Assembly (NCBI GenBank): GCA_029838195.1
Contig: JALGVJ010000058.1
Span: 1-30,135 of the forward strand
Source of the DNA: Promethearchaeota archaeon
Lineage (GTDB): Archaea > Asgardarchaeota > Lokiarchaeia > Sigyniarchaeales > SOKP01
Length of the DNA: 30,135 bases
Direction: 5' to 3'
Shown here: positions 1 through 9,329 of the stretch, piece after piece
How the letters are laid out: each line of letters opens with the position of its first letter
How positions within the stretch are numbered: the stretch's first letter is position 1
Position numbers and translations under genes: made by a program
The notes under the pieces: model-generated
What the model was told of the DNA's origin: nothing
The model's input: the letters and a program-made list of their open reading frames with translations, nothing else
Database searches by the model: none

Positions 1-1
1 C

Positions 2-97
2 GTGATTTTCCGAGGGGGCGACGAAACCAGATGTGTTATAATTGAGGGTTTTGTCGGAATGAGATTTAAAAAACTTAAAAAACAAGCTATATTATAA
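2..97 (+). CDS. Possible 3' end of an ORF entering from the left edge (VIFRGGDETRCVIIEGFVGMRFKKLKKQAIL*)
   Basis: Frame open from the window edge to TAA at 95-97; too short to identify, could be non-coding. Confidence 0.25.
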   Translation: MIFRGGDETRCVIIEGFVGMRFKKLKKQAIL

Positions 98-282
98 ACT
101 TAAAAATACCCTCAATTGTATTAAAAGTTAATATTTGAGGATTAGTAAAACCATTCTTCATAGAAACATTCTTGTTAAATTTTCATATCATATATTAATC
201 CATTAAATTAGAGAATTTATTAAAAACAATCCCTATTTGAAAGGAAAAATTTTTCTATAGAAAAAGTGTTTTTTCAAAATTT

Positions 283-1104
283 TCACCGGGGGAGGATATT
301 TTTTAATGATTTCATTGATTTTTGTGCTACTTTTATGGGATCTTCTTTCCATAGCGATTCATTAAAAAGTTCGATGGAAATCCATTGGTTATATCCTAAT
401 GATTTCAATGTATTCATGAAATCTTTCAAATTTAAAGTACCATCTCCTGGAAGAACTCTATCAGAATCTTTCATGTCAAGGTCGGGGTTGAAATTTACAT
501 CATTGATATGAACGAGCCAAAGTTGATGTGGAGATAAAGAATTTAGAGAATCTATTGAATTCCCTCCGACGAAAAAATGAAATGTATCGATAACAAGTCC
601 CATTTCCACCAAATTCTCATTATTAAGGATTTCTAAAGCAAGAGATAAGTCTCTCACGGAGCAATTTGGAAAACCCAATGGTTCAAATGCTAATTTAAAA
701 TTATGCTGCTCTGCTAATCTTTTTAAAATGATTAATCTCTCGATGGTTTGTTCTTTAATTTCAGCGAGGCTAAAAGATCTATCATCCAAGAAACTCGGAA
801 CAGCTATTATTAAATCGCAACCAATAATATTTCCAATTTTCATCAATTTTTTTGTATATTTTTGGATATTAGCGAATTCTTCCTCAGGGCATAACGAGAA
901 TAATTCGATGGCATTGAACGAGACGCATTTTAAATCATGTTGGTCTAACAAGCTTTTTAAATCATGAGGAGAATGGTTTTTCAAATATAAGAAGGTTTCA
1001 TCTCTTCTTAATTCAACGCCTTCGAAGCCTGCTTCGGAAGAGACTTCCAAGAATTGTACCATTGGGGTTTTCAGGAGAGTTGCTTGATTAATGGCGAGCT
1101 TCAT
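283..1104 (-). CDS. iolI: Sugar-phosphate isomerase/epimerase, xylose-isomerase-like TIM barrel, IolI (inosose isomerase)-like
   Basis: Likely true start ATG at 1104 (MKLAINQATL) rather than 1176. Metal-ligand motifs FEPLG, DTFH, HIND, DRVLPGDG and SIELF, co-linear with B. subtilis IolI as recalled; the exact substrate is not established. Confidence 0.8.
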   Translation of the reverse strand: MKLAINQATLLKTPMVQFLEVSSEAGFEGVELRRDETFLYLKNHSPHDLKSLLDQHDLKCVSFNAIELFSLCPEEEFANIQKYTKKLMKIGNIIGCDLIIAVPSFLDDRSFSLAEIKEQTIERLIILKRLAEQHNFKLAFEPLGFPNCSVRDLSLALEILNNENLVEMGLVIDTFHFFVGGNSIDSLNSLSPHQLWLVHINDVNFNPDLDMKDSDRVLPGDGTLNLKDFMNTLKSLGYNQWISIELFNESLWKEDPIKVAQKSMKSLKNILPR

Positions 1105-1206
1105 GAATGCTTGGTTGATTTGATTTGTTTGTTTGAAAAATATAAATAGGACAAAAACAATAACATAATTTGTCATTAATTTATAAAAAATTTGTGCGTG
1201 GTTTCC

Positions 1207-1641
1207 ATGCAGTTATCAAAGAAAGGAATGACCCTTTTCAATAAAATAACCGTACTCTTTAATTGTTTGACAATTTTACTAGGCTTGTTTTATGTGATTT
1301 TAAACGTTCGCTACTTTTTAGTCATGGTCTTTAGTTTCATTGTAGCAATCTCGTGGATCCTTGATATTCTTTTAGTGCTCATTGATGATTTTAAGATAAA
1401 TAAAAATAATTCCTTGGGAAAGCGATTAAATCTTTTAGGATACGTTTTCATGGTCGTACAATTAGCTTGCGTGTTTTTACTCGTTGGAGGATTATTTTTC
1501 TTGAATGCTGGCTGGACTTCCTTGATTATTCAATACACGCTCATCTACTTAGGTTTTTTTAGCTTTTTTGTTTTTGGGATGGGGCTTTCTCTTTTTAATT
1601 TAGTGCAATTAAAAAAGCCGGAGGGATGGACGTTTGAATAA
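1207..1641 (+). CDS. Small integral membrane protein (about 4 TM), hypothetical
   Basis: Four hydrophobic segments. ATG at 1207 preferred over TTG at 1192. Overlaps the next gene by 8 nt, suggesting coupling. Confidence 0.75.
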   Translation: MQLSKKGMTLFNKITVLFNCLTILLGLFYVILNVRYFLVMVFSFIVAISWILDILLVLIDDFKINKNNSLGKRLNLLGYVFMVVQLACVFLLVGGLFFLNAGWTSLIIQYTLIYLGFFSFFVFGMGLSLFNLVQLKKPEGWTFE

Positions 1642-2905
1642 AAAAACTATCGTGAAAATTGCGGCAGGAGGGCTATCTTGTTTGTTTTTGCTCTGGGGTG
1701 TTCTATGGATCTATTTATTATTTGAAGGAAGCCGGCGATTAAGAGGAATTACCATTTTTATTGAAGAATTCGTAGCACAGAGTTCTGCTTTAATGGTGGC
1801 AGCATGCGTTTCTGCTACGGTAATATTATTAAAATTGATAGCTAAAAAGAGAGTTACTCATCCACGGCAATATCTTGCGGTTGCCATTATTGGATTTTTG
1901 ATTGCGGGTTTGAATTCGCTATCTTTATTAACAACGCCTTATACGATAATTACTGCCAATACTGAATTTAATGAAGCATTTGGGAATGATTGGGAAGAAC
2001 AAATCCCAACAGAAGTAAGAGAATATTTTCTTCCCCTACCATATAATATTCCATCTCATTTTTTATCGGTACCCCGACAAGACTTCAAGGTAGAGAAGGA
2101 TGTTTTATTTTATTCGGGCGAAGGCATTAAATTACATTTTGATGTGTACATGCCCACGCGTCCATCCAGCGAGCTGCCGGGGAAAGGAAGCATTATCATT
2201 AATCTACACCCTGGTGCCTGGTCATCGGGAGGCAAAGGCACGTGGAACATGATATCGACGAGTCAATATTTAGCGTGTCAAGGATATGTCGTGTTTGATA
2301 TAGAATATGGTTTAATTGAATGGTTTAAATACGTTGCTCCTGCTCCTGAAACACCTGATTATGTTTATGGAAACTTTACTATTGAAGATCAAGTGCGCCA
2401 TATAGGTATTTTTACGAAAAAACTTGCTAATGAATATGCTTCTCGATATGGTGGAAATTTAAATTCGGTATATTTCATGGGACGCTCTGCGGGGGCACAT
2501 CTGGCGGGCGTTTGTGGATTGGGAATTAATAATAAATATCATGCCGGAACGTTCAGTTCAAGAATTACAGTTAAGGGGATAATACCATTATATTGCCCGC
2601 CCGCAGCTCCAGATTCTCTCTTGGAAGAAACCAGAGAAGAAAACGAAGAGAGATATAATGCATATTCTTTAGCGGGGCTTGCAGATAAAAATGATCCTCC
2701 AATTATATTTTTTCAAGGAACCAGCGATGGACAAGTCAAAATAGAATGGGTCCAAGAGATGGAAATAGAATTAGAAGCCGCAGGGGTAACATGTTGTCTA
2801 TTAGTCTTTCCGTTTGCCGGTCATGCGAATGATTTTGTTTTAGACTCAAACATAGGTCAAGTTTGGATATACTACTTGGAACGATTTCTTTACTTGACAC
2901 AATAG
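1634..2905 (+). CDS. Membrane-anchored alpha/beta-hydrolase (HSL/BD-FAE-like esterase/lipase) with about 3 N-terminal TM helices
   Basis: HPGAW oxyanion motif, GRSAG nucleophile elbow, GTSDG Asp, FAGH His; TTG start preceded by GGAGG. Confidence 0.88.
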   Translation: MNKKTIVKIAAGGLSCLFLLWGVLWIYLLFEGSRRLRGITIFIEEFVAQSSALMVAACVSATVILLKLIAKKRVTHPRQYLAVAIIGFLIAGLNSLSLLTTPYTIITANTEFNEAFGNDWEEQIPTEVREYFLPLPYNIPSHFLSVPRQDFKVEKDVLFYSGEGIKLHFDVYMPTRPSSELPGKGSIIINLHPGAWSSGGKGTWNMISTSQYLACQGYVVFDIEYGLIEWFKYVAPAPETPDYVYGNFTIEDQVRHIGIFTKKLANEYASRYGGNLNSVYFMGRSAGAHLAGVCGLGINNKYHAGTFSSRITVKGIIPLYCPPAAPDSLLEETREENEERYNAYSLAGLADKNDPPIIFFQGTSDGQVKIEWVQEMEIELEAAGVTCCLLVFPFAGHANDFVLDSNIGQVWIYYLERFLYLTQ

Positions 2906-2926
2906 TTTCTATTTAATTCAATAAAC

Positions 2927-2936
2927 TTTTTTTTTT
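2927..2936 (+). terminator. Poly-T tract, probable archaeal-type terminator of the esterase gene
   Basis: T10 run about 20 nt after the stop, between convergent genes. Confidence 0.45.
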
Positions 2937-2996
2937 CTATTTTATCCTTCGTACTCAAATAAATGGAAGTAAAAATGAGAGAGATTTTCCTTTTAA

Positions 2997-4268
2997 TCAT
3001 AATCGATCTAATTCCTCCCTAATGGCACGTAATTCACGTTGTAAGGCCCGCTCTTTATTTTTTAATTCTCTTTTTTTTCTTGCTTTTAATCTTTTCTCGT
3101 CCAAGGAAAATAAGGAGGGCGTAGGAGGGAATCTTTCGACCCCTAAATCATTAAAAATTTTATCAATTTCGGGATTAGAAAACTCAGAGAGCGATACAAT
3201 GCGTTCTTCTTTGATTGATTTTTCCGACGCAATTCCAATTAGACAAGCGTCTCTTGCAATTAATAGATTAGCATGGGGCTGCTTTTCTTCTTTAACACAT
3301 TCTAAAAACGCCATGCGTTCTACTTGGCATCCCACGTGGCCTAAATTTTCATTATCCGAATAATAATCGACTTCGACTTCTCTTAATTCTCCTACGGGGC
3401 CTCCGGCGATCGTTAAACTTCGGTCATTCTTTGCCAAACCCCAAGCACCATTATCTCCAATAATCCCTATTTCTAATCCTTCAATGGGTGAAATCTCGTA
3501 CATGCAGAGACCTAAATTACCTTTTGCGCCATTTTCATATTCTATTACCACGTTCGCATGATCCACGATCGTTGGAGGCTGTTCTAATTTTTGTCCTTTA
3601 AAAGGGGAAAAAGCACATTGAATCACGTGTCCCGGCTTATAGACGTGTTGCCCGCCCATGGAAAATACTTTTTTAGGAGGTGATCGGATAAACCAATTAA
3701 ATAAATCAAAATGATGGCAGTTTTTTTCCAAAATGGCTCCGCCTGATTTTTTTTCATCAAAAAACCATGGAGTAGCAAAATTATCCCGATATTCTTTACA
3801 ATACGCCATCATTACCCTTCCAAAGGTTCCCTTTTCGACCAAATGTGCCATGGTACGATAAAGATTTGAATATCGATAAACCAATCCGATTTGAACTATC
3901 TTTTTCATTTCACTCATAGTTTTTATGATCTCATCCATTTGTTTTACATTAATTGCAACGGGCTTTTCTAAGAAGACATGCTTTTCTGCTTTCATTGCAT
4001 CGATGGTAATGGGGGCATGCAGATAATTAGGCGTTGATATTACCACGGCGTCTAATTCGGGAATATCTAATAATTCTCTATAATCAGTACATAAATGTGG
4101 CGAGCTTTTCTTTAAAAATTCTCGCGCCGTTTCGAGTTGCTTCTCATTAGGATCTGCAACTGCCATGATATTACACTCCGAAAGCTTATTAAAACCAATA
4201 CAATGTCCTCTTCCCATGTCTCCAAAACCAATTAATCCCAAATTCACGAGTTTAGAATTTGTTGTCAT
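2997..4268 (-). CDS. Gfo/Idh/MocA family NAD(P)-dependent oxidoreductase (IolG-like)
   Basis: GLIGFGDMG Rossmann motif, STPNYLH, LEKP, GGAILEKNCHHFD. Confidence 0.92.
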   Translation of the reverse strand: MTTNSKLVNLGLIGFGDMGRGHCIGFNKLSECNIMAVADPNEKQLETAREFLKKSSPHLCTDYRELLDIPELDAVVISTPNYLHAPITIDAMKAEKHVFLEKPVAINVKQMDEIIKTMSEMKKIVQIGLVYRYSNLYRTMAHLVEKGTFGRVMMAYCKEYRDNFATPWFFDEKKSGGAILEKNCHHFDLFNWFIRSPPKKVFSMGGQHVYKPGHVIQCAFSPFKGQKLEQPPTIVDHANVVIEYENGAKGNLGLCMYEISPIEGLEIGIIGDNGAWGLAKNDRSLTIAGGPVGELREVEVDYYSDNENLGHVGCQVERMAFLECVKEEKQPHANLLIARDACLIGIASEKSIKEERIVSLSEFSNPEIDKIFNDLGVERFPPTPSLFSLDEKRLKARKKRELKNKERALQRELRAIREELDRL

Positions 4269-4763
4269 GTTTTTTCACTTTTGATATACTTTCTTTTATT
4301 AACTTGTAATGTTAGAGAGAGTAAATATTTTCATGCGATGATAGATATCTAAAAAAGAAATGATGTAATTGTTAAATTTAATTAATAAATCTATATTATT
4401 GTTCCTTTTTATTTCTCTTTTAGTATCAAACCTAACTTTATTCCGATTTTTTGTTCATAGTATTTTTAGCATTTTTTTTCATTTAATTTTAATTTTTAAT
4501 TGAGTGTAAACTACATGAAAAAGCCATAACACTTGACTTTATTTTATCCAACCAGAAATTTATCCAAATTCTTAAGAAAAAAGTTAGGAAATTATTCCTA
4601 TGAAAAGAGAACATGGGAATCGAAATCTGATTTGAAAACTTTAGGAAAAATTCACCTCAAGAATTTAAAAAAAAGGTTTTATTTTTTTTTTAATTAATCT
4701 TTTTTTGTAACTAAACTCTAATTTGATAGGATATTCATGAATTTTTATTAGTGAGAATGGAAA

Positions 4764-6188
4764 ATGAATTCTGAAAGAGAAGATGATTTAAATTTACCCA
4801 ATATCCTCATTATCTTAGCAGATGATCTAGGATATGGAGATTTGGGATGTTATGGCGCGAAAAAAATTCCAACACCTAATATAGATCAAATCGCTTCCCA
4901 AGGTATTAAGTTTACTGATGTTCATGCAGCTTCCGCAGTTTGTACACCAAGTAGATATTCCATCATTACAGGACGTTATTGTTGGAGATCTAAACTAAAA
5001 AAAGGCGTTTTAGGAGGATTTGATTTTCCAATAATAGAAAAAGATAGGTTCACTATAGCACGAATGCTAAAAGCACGGGGATATCATACTGCAGCCATTG
5101 GCAAATGGCATCTTGGTTTTGAATGGCCTGTTGAGAATTCAGACCCTTCTTTATTTGAGCCGAGTTTCAGAATTGCTGAACCTCCGGATATTGATTATTC
5201 TAAGCCGCTTAAAGGAGGTCCGAATGATCTGGGGTTTGATTATTTTTTTGGCATTTCCGGTTCCCTTGACATGCCCCCTTATTGTTTTATTGAAAATGAT
5301 CACGTGTTAGGGATTCCAAACATCCCAAAATATCCCCTCTATCAACAACAGATAAAAGGTTCCATGGTAGAGGGCTGGAAAGATGAGGAGGTTGATATCA
5401 ATTTTACGAGAAAAGCAAAAATGTTTCTTAACGATCACGTGAATAACTTTAAGGAAAACCCTTTTTTTCTTTATTTGTGTACCTCAGCACCTCATAGACC
5501 TTGTGATATAAGACCTGATTTTGTTATTGGTAAAAGTCAAGCAGGAGATAGAGGAGACATGGTAGTTCTTTTCGATTGGGTAGTTGGTCAAATTGAAAAA
5601 GAGTTAGAAAAATTAAATCTTATCGAAAATACAATTCTCATCATTACTAGTGATAATGGGGCCAGAAAAACGTGCTATAATGGTTTGGATTATGGACATG
5701 ATTCAAATGGACCTTGGAGAGGTCAAAAAGCTGATATATGGGAAGGAGGACATCGAATTCCGTTTATCATTCGATGGCCTCGCACTATAAAGGGGAATAA
5801 AACATCTAATGAACCATTTTGCTTAATTGATTTATTTAGAACGTTCGCAGCGTTAATCAACTATGAGATGCCTCAAAATGCCGCCGAAGATAGTGTAAAT
5901 GTATTATTAGCTCTGTTGTCCAAAAATGAACGCTATTTCATGCGCGAATTTATGGTCCATCATTCTGATTTGGGATTTTTTGCTTTAAGACAAGGAAAAT
6001 GGAAATATATTAATAAATTGGGATCGGGAGGCTTTACACAGCCTATTAGACAATTACCAAAAAAGCATGGTCCCAAAGGTCAACTCTATGATCTAGAGGA
6101 GGATCCTAAAGAAATTAAGAATCTCTGGCTTTCAGAGCCAGAGATCGTTAAGGAATTAAAAGAGAAATTAGAGAAAATTAAGCGTTAA
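4764..6188 (+). CDS. Formylglycine-dependent (S1) sulfatase, Cys-type
   Basis: ADDLGYGD, CTPSRYSIITG (CxPxR), GKWHLG, SDNG, EGGHRIP; no signal peptide seen. Confidence 0.95.
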   Translation: MNSEREDDLNLPNILIILADDLGYGDLGCYGAKKIPTPNIDQIASQGIKFTDVHAASAVCTPSRYSIITGRYCWRSKLKKGVLGGFDFPIIEKDRFTIARMLKARGYHTAAIGKWHLGFEWPVENSDPSLFEPSFRIAEPPDIDYSKPLKGGPNDLGFDYFFGISGSLDMPPYCFIENDHVLGIPNIPKYPLYQQQIKGSMVEGWKDEEVDINFTRKAKMFLNDHVNNFKENPFFLYLCTSAPHRPCDIRPDFVIGKSQAGDRGDMVVLFDWVVGQIEKELEKLNLIENTILIITSDNGARKTCYNGLDYGHDSNGPWRGQKADIWEGGHRIPFIIRWPRTIKGNKTSNEPFCLIDLFRTFAALINYEMPQNAAEDSVNVLLALLSKNERYFMREFMVHHSDLGFFALRQGKWKYINKLGSGGFTQPIRQLPKKHGPKGQLYDLEEDPKEIKNLWLSEPEIVKELKEKLEKIKR

Positions 6189-6492
6189 GGAATAAATCCT
6201 ATTCTCTTATATTAGACAAAAGAAATTGAAATAAAAGTGTAATAATAATAATTATTTAATGATTTTTTTTTGGAACTTGTTGTCGTGAATTATAAAGGCT
6301 CATGCAAGGTTATAAAAAAAAAATTGTAGAGATATCTCCAGAAGCAAGGGAATTATCCGAATTTTTAAAGCTCACGGATTTTATTTAAATATTCTACATT
6401 TTTTTTATCGTGCTCCCTAATTTTTTTTAAAGATCTTTGGAGCATGCCATCTTTTTTAGTTTTAGAGGAAAAAAATTTGAATAAGAGAAATC

Positions 6493-9213
6493 TTATAAAG
6501 TTAAGAAATTCAAAGTTTTTCCGTTTTGAACGGTTTCGAGAAGGGCTTGAATTTGCTTTTCTTTTAATGAAAGTAAATTCTTAATTACAATGCTTTTTAA
6601 AATAATGATCCACATTTTATTTCTTGCTTCAGTTAAATCCGTGAGATCTACATTGAATAGTTGATTTTTTATTAATTTTTTATCCGATTCAAATAAAAGC
6701 TCTTCATAAATGTTAGCAATTTGAATGAGAGGAATCACGTTATTTAGAATTTGAAGATCCGTTGAAGAAATGGGAAGAGCCCCCGCTTTTTGACCTTTTA
6801 AAAGAATTTCGAAAAATTTCGAAAGCTTTTGATTACTCTTAATAACAGAAGGAAGTTTATCATGAATAAGCTTTTTAGTAGTAGATTCTAAATTGAAATA
6901 TTTTAATAATTTTTTACATTTTTCCATGATTCGCTCTTTTTTACATATCATGCTTCCCGAGTTCACGGTAAGGGTAATTTCAAGTTCATCAAAAGGTGTT
7001 AATATAATTTTATTTATTTTTAACGCTTGTTCCTTTTCTTGAAATTCCGATTCACCAGATATTTCATTACCGTTTAATATAATGGTAATCATATCAGGTG
7101 GATTGATGCCCTTAAAAGTAAACGTATAAGACCTTCGTTCAGGAATCCACTCAAATAATTCCTTCAATAGGGGTTTCTTCACGCGAAAAAGTAATGAATG
7201 CTTTTTACTTATCAAGCAAAACTCTGTTAAAACATTTTTTCCTTTCAAATAATCTTGGGAAACGCCATCATCTTCATAAAGCTGAAAATTATTATCTTTT
7301 CCGGGAAAAATGATAACATGTAATGAAGGGGGATTTGAAGTGTCATTCCATTTAAATTTTTCATTCGAATAATCAGCTAAAGGAATGATTCCACCCGCTT
7401 TAGCAAAAACTGGAATATCTTCAAGTAGACCATGTACGACTATTACTTGATTCCCCTTATGATATTCTCCCGTGAAAAAATTAAACCATTCGCCTTCCGG
7501 TAGCCAAATTATTTGTCTGGATTGTCCGATATCCTCATCGATTTTTGAAGTGAATGGAGCGCATAATAATTCAGATCCAAAGAAATATTGATTGGGAAAA
7601 TTATAAGCATTTTCTTCCAGCGGATATTCATAATACATGGGTCTAATTAAAGGAAGACATTCATTCCACGTTTTCCAGGCCATGGTATAAATGTAAGGAA
7701 TGAAAGAATGACGTAATTGCATGACCTTTTTAGCTATTTGAAAAATTTCTTCATTAAATTCCCAAGGAAGGCGTTCATTGAAGGGATTTTTAGTACTATG
7801 AAGGCGAAAAATAGGATTAAAAAGTCCAAATTGGATCCACCGGATATATAATTCGGGATCAAAACCCTTGCCTCCCATATGTCCTCCTAAATCATGACTC
7901 CACCAAGTAAAACCAATATTAGATGCAGTACTTGTAAAATAAGGTAAAAAATCTAAACTCTGCCATGTAGCAAATGTATCTCCCGAGAAGCCTATGGGAT
8001 ATCTATGATTTCCTAAGCCACCATAACGTGAAAAAATAAAGGGCCTTTTCTCCTCGTTTCTTCCCGAATCATAAAAGCTCAAGTGGTTAATCCACCATAA
8101 TGGGTCTAATCCCTCAATTTTGGAAGTTTCTCCTTGCTGCCAGTCAGTCCACCAAAAATCTATTCCTTCTTGCTCATAGGGGTGGTAAATGAAGTTGAAA
8201 TAAGCCTCATAAAAACGAGGAACAGTCAAATCAAATTCAATGGGCTGATACGTGGTAGGATCAATACCCATGTATCGAGCTACACGTTCATATTGTTTTT
8301 CATGTGGAAAAATACCACTAGCCGGATGAATGTTGAGCGCGACTCTTAAACCTTTTTCTTCATGTAAAAACTTTAATAATGCCTTATAATCTGGAAATAA
8401 ATCTTCATTCCACGTGAATCCCGTCCATCCATCGTGAAATTTTAAGGTTTCAAGATGTTTCATATCTCGTTTTTTAATGTATTCTTCTATATTTACAACA
8501 TGCCAATCCATATCGATAACGCAGACAGATAAAGGAGTTTGCTTCTCTTCAAATTTATTCATTAATTCCATTAATTCTTCTTGAGTATATTCCCAATAAC
8601 GGCTCCACCAATTCCCTAAAGCCCAACGTGGGATCATGGGAATCATACCAGCAATTTTACAAAAATCTTGTAAACATTGCTTGAAATGAGTTCCATATCC
8701 AAAAAAATAAATATCTAATTCCTCATGGTCTCTTTTTTTAATCCAGCCATTTTCATCAAAAATTAAGGAGCTTGAATCATCTATAATGCTCCATCCATTT
8801 CTAGACATTAATCCATTTTCAAGCGGAATAGGTCCATCAGCATTATCTAAAGTCCTAGCTGTTCCTTTTAAATTTTCAGAATCTTTATCGCCGTAATGCC
8901 AAATTGTACCCGTTTCTTTAAGTTCAATAAATAGATTTTTAGGACTTAACTCTTCTTCGCCCTTAAAGTAATATAAATGAAGATGTTCGGTGATAATTTC
9001 TATTCTATCCGCTAATTTAATGCAATCAAATTTTGGAACTGGTTGTTTTCGATACCAAAATACTTGGCTTGGTCGATCACAAAAAAAACTCGTTTTATCA
9101 TGTTCTATTCGAATAATCCTGGAAGTAAGCACCGTGAATCGAATTTTGCCTTCTTTAATAATTGCGTCCTGAGATGCTTCAGGATTCATACTTCTAAATA
9201 GATTTAACTTCAT
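6493..9213 (-). CDS. Glycoside hydrolase family 31 (GH31_u1-like alpha-glycosidase) with C-terminal DUF5110-like domain and extension
   Basis: WWSRYW, IDMDWH, FWWTDWQQG (nucleophile Asp), FSGDT (acid/base), SHDLGGH, FRLHS, YEDDG. Confidence 0.93.
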   Translation of the reverse strand: MKLNLFRSMNPEASQDAIIKEGKIRFTVLTSRIIRIEHDKTSFFCDRPSQVFWYRKQPVPKFDCIKLADRIEIITEHLHLYYFKGEEELSPKNLFIELKETGTIWHYGDKDSENLKGTARTLDNADGPIPLENGLMSRNGWSIIDDSSSLIFDENGWIKKRDHEELDIYFFGYGTHFKQCLQDFCKIAGMIPMIPRWALGNWWSRYWEYTQEELMELMNKFEEKQTPLSVCVIDMDWHVVNIEEYIKKRDMKHLETLKFHDGWTGFTWNEDLFPDYKALLKFLHEEKGLRVALNIHPASGIFPHEKQYERVARYMGIDPTTYQPIEFDLTVPRFYEAYFNFIYHPYEQEGIDFWWTDWQQGETSKIEGLDPLWWINHLSFYDSGRNEEKRPFIFSRYGGLGNHRYPIGFSGDTFATWQSLDFLPYFTSTASNIGFTWWSHDLGGHMGGKGFDPELYIRWIQFGLFNPIFRLHSTKNPFNERLPWEFNEEIFQIAKKVMQLRHSFIPYIYTMAWKTWNECLPLIRPMYYEYPLEENAYNFPNQYFFGSELLCAPFTSKIDEDIGQSRQIIWLPEGEWFNFFTGEYHKGNQVIVVHGLLEDIPVFAKAGGIIPLADYSNEKFKWNDTSNPPSLHVIIFPGKDNNFQLYEDDGVSQDYLKGKNVLTEFCLISKKHSLLFRVKKPLLKELFEWIPERRSYTFTFKGINPPDMITIILNGNEISGESEFQEKEQALKINKIILTPFDELEITLTVNSGSMICKKERIMEKCKKLLKYFNLESTTKKLIHDKLPSVIKSNQKLSKFFEILLKGQKAGALPISSTDLQILNNVIPLIQIANIYEELLFESDKKLIKNQLFNVDLTDLTEARNKMWIIILKSIVIKNLLSLKEKQIQALLETVQNGKTLNFLTL

Positions 9214-9329
9214 GCTAAATTTTTATTCTTGTTAATTTTATCTTGGAATTAATTGCTTAATTTTTACCATGAGCTTTTTATTTTATTTATTTTTAAAAAT
9301 AAATATCCCTTAATATCATTTATTATCTT

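Noticed and set aside
1105-1176. 24-aa hydrophobic N-terminal extension (signal peptide?) on the IolI-like protein
   Set aside because: Family homology starts at MKLAINQ (1104); the extension lies in the AT-rich divergent promoter region
6493-9213. Sulfoquinovosidase (YihQ) call for the GH31
   Set aside because: The nucleophile context is WWTDWQQG, not the WMADFGE of YihQ-type enzymes
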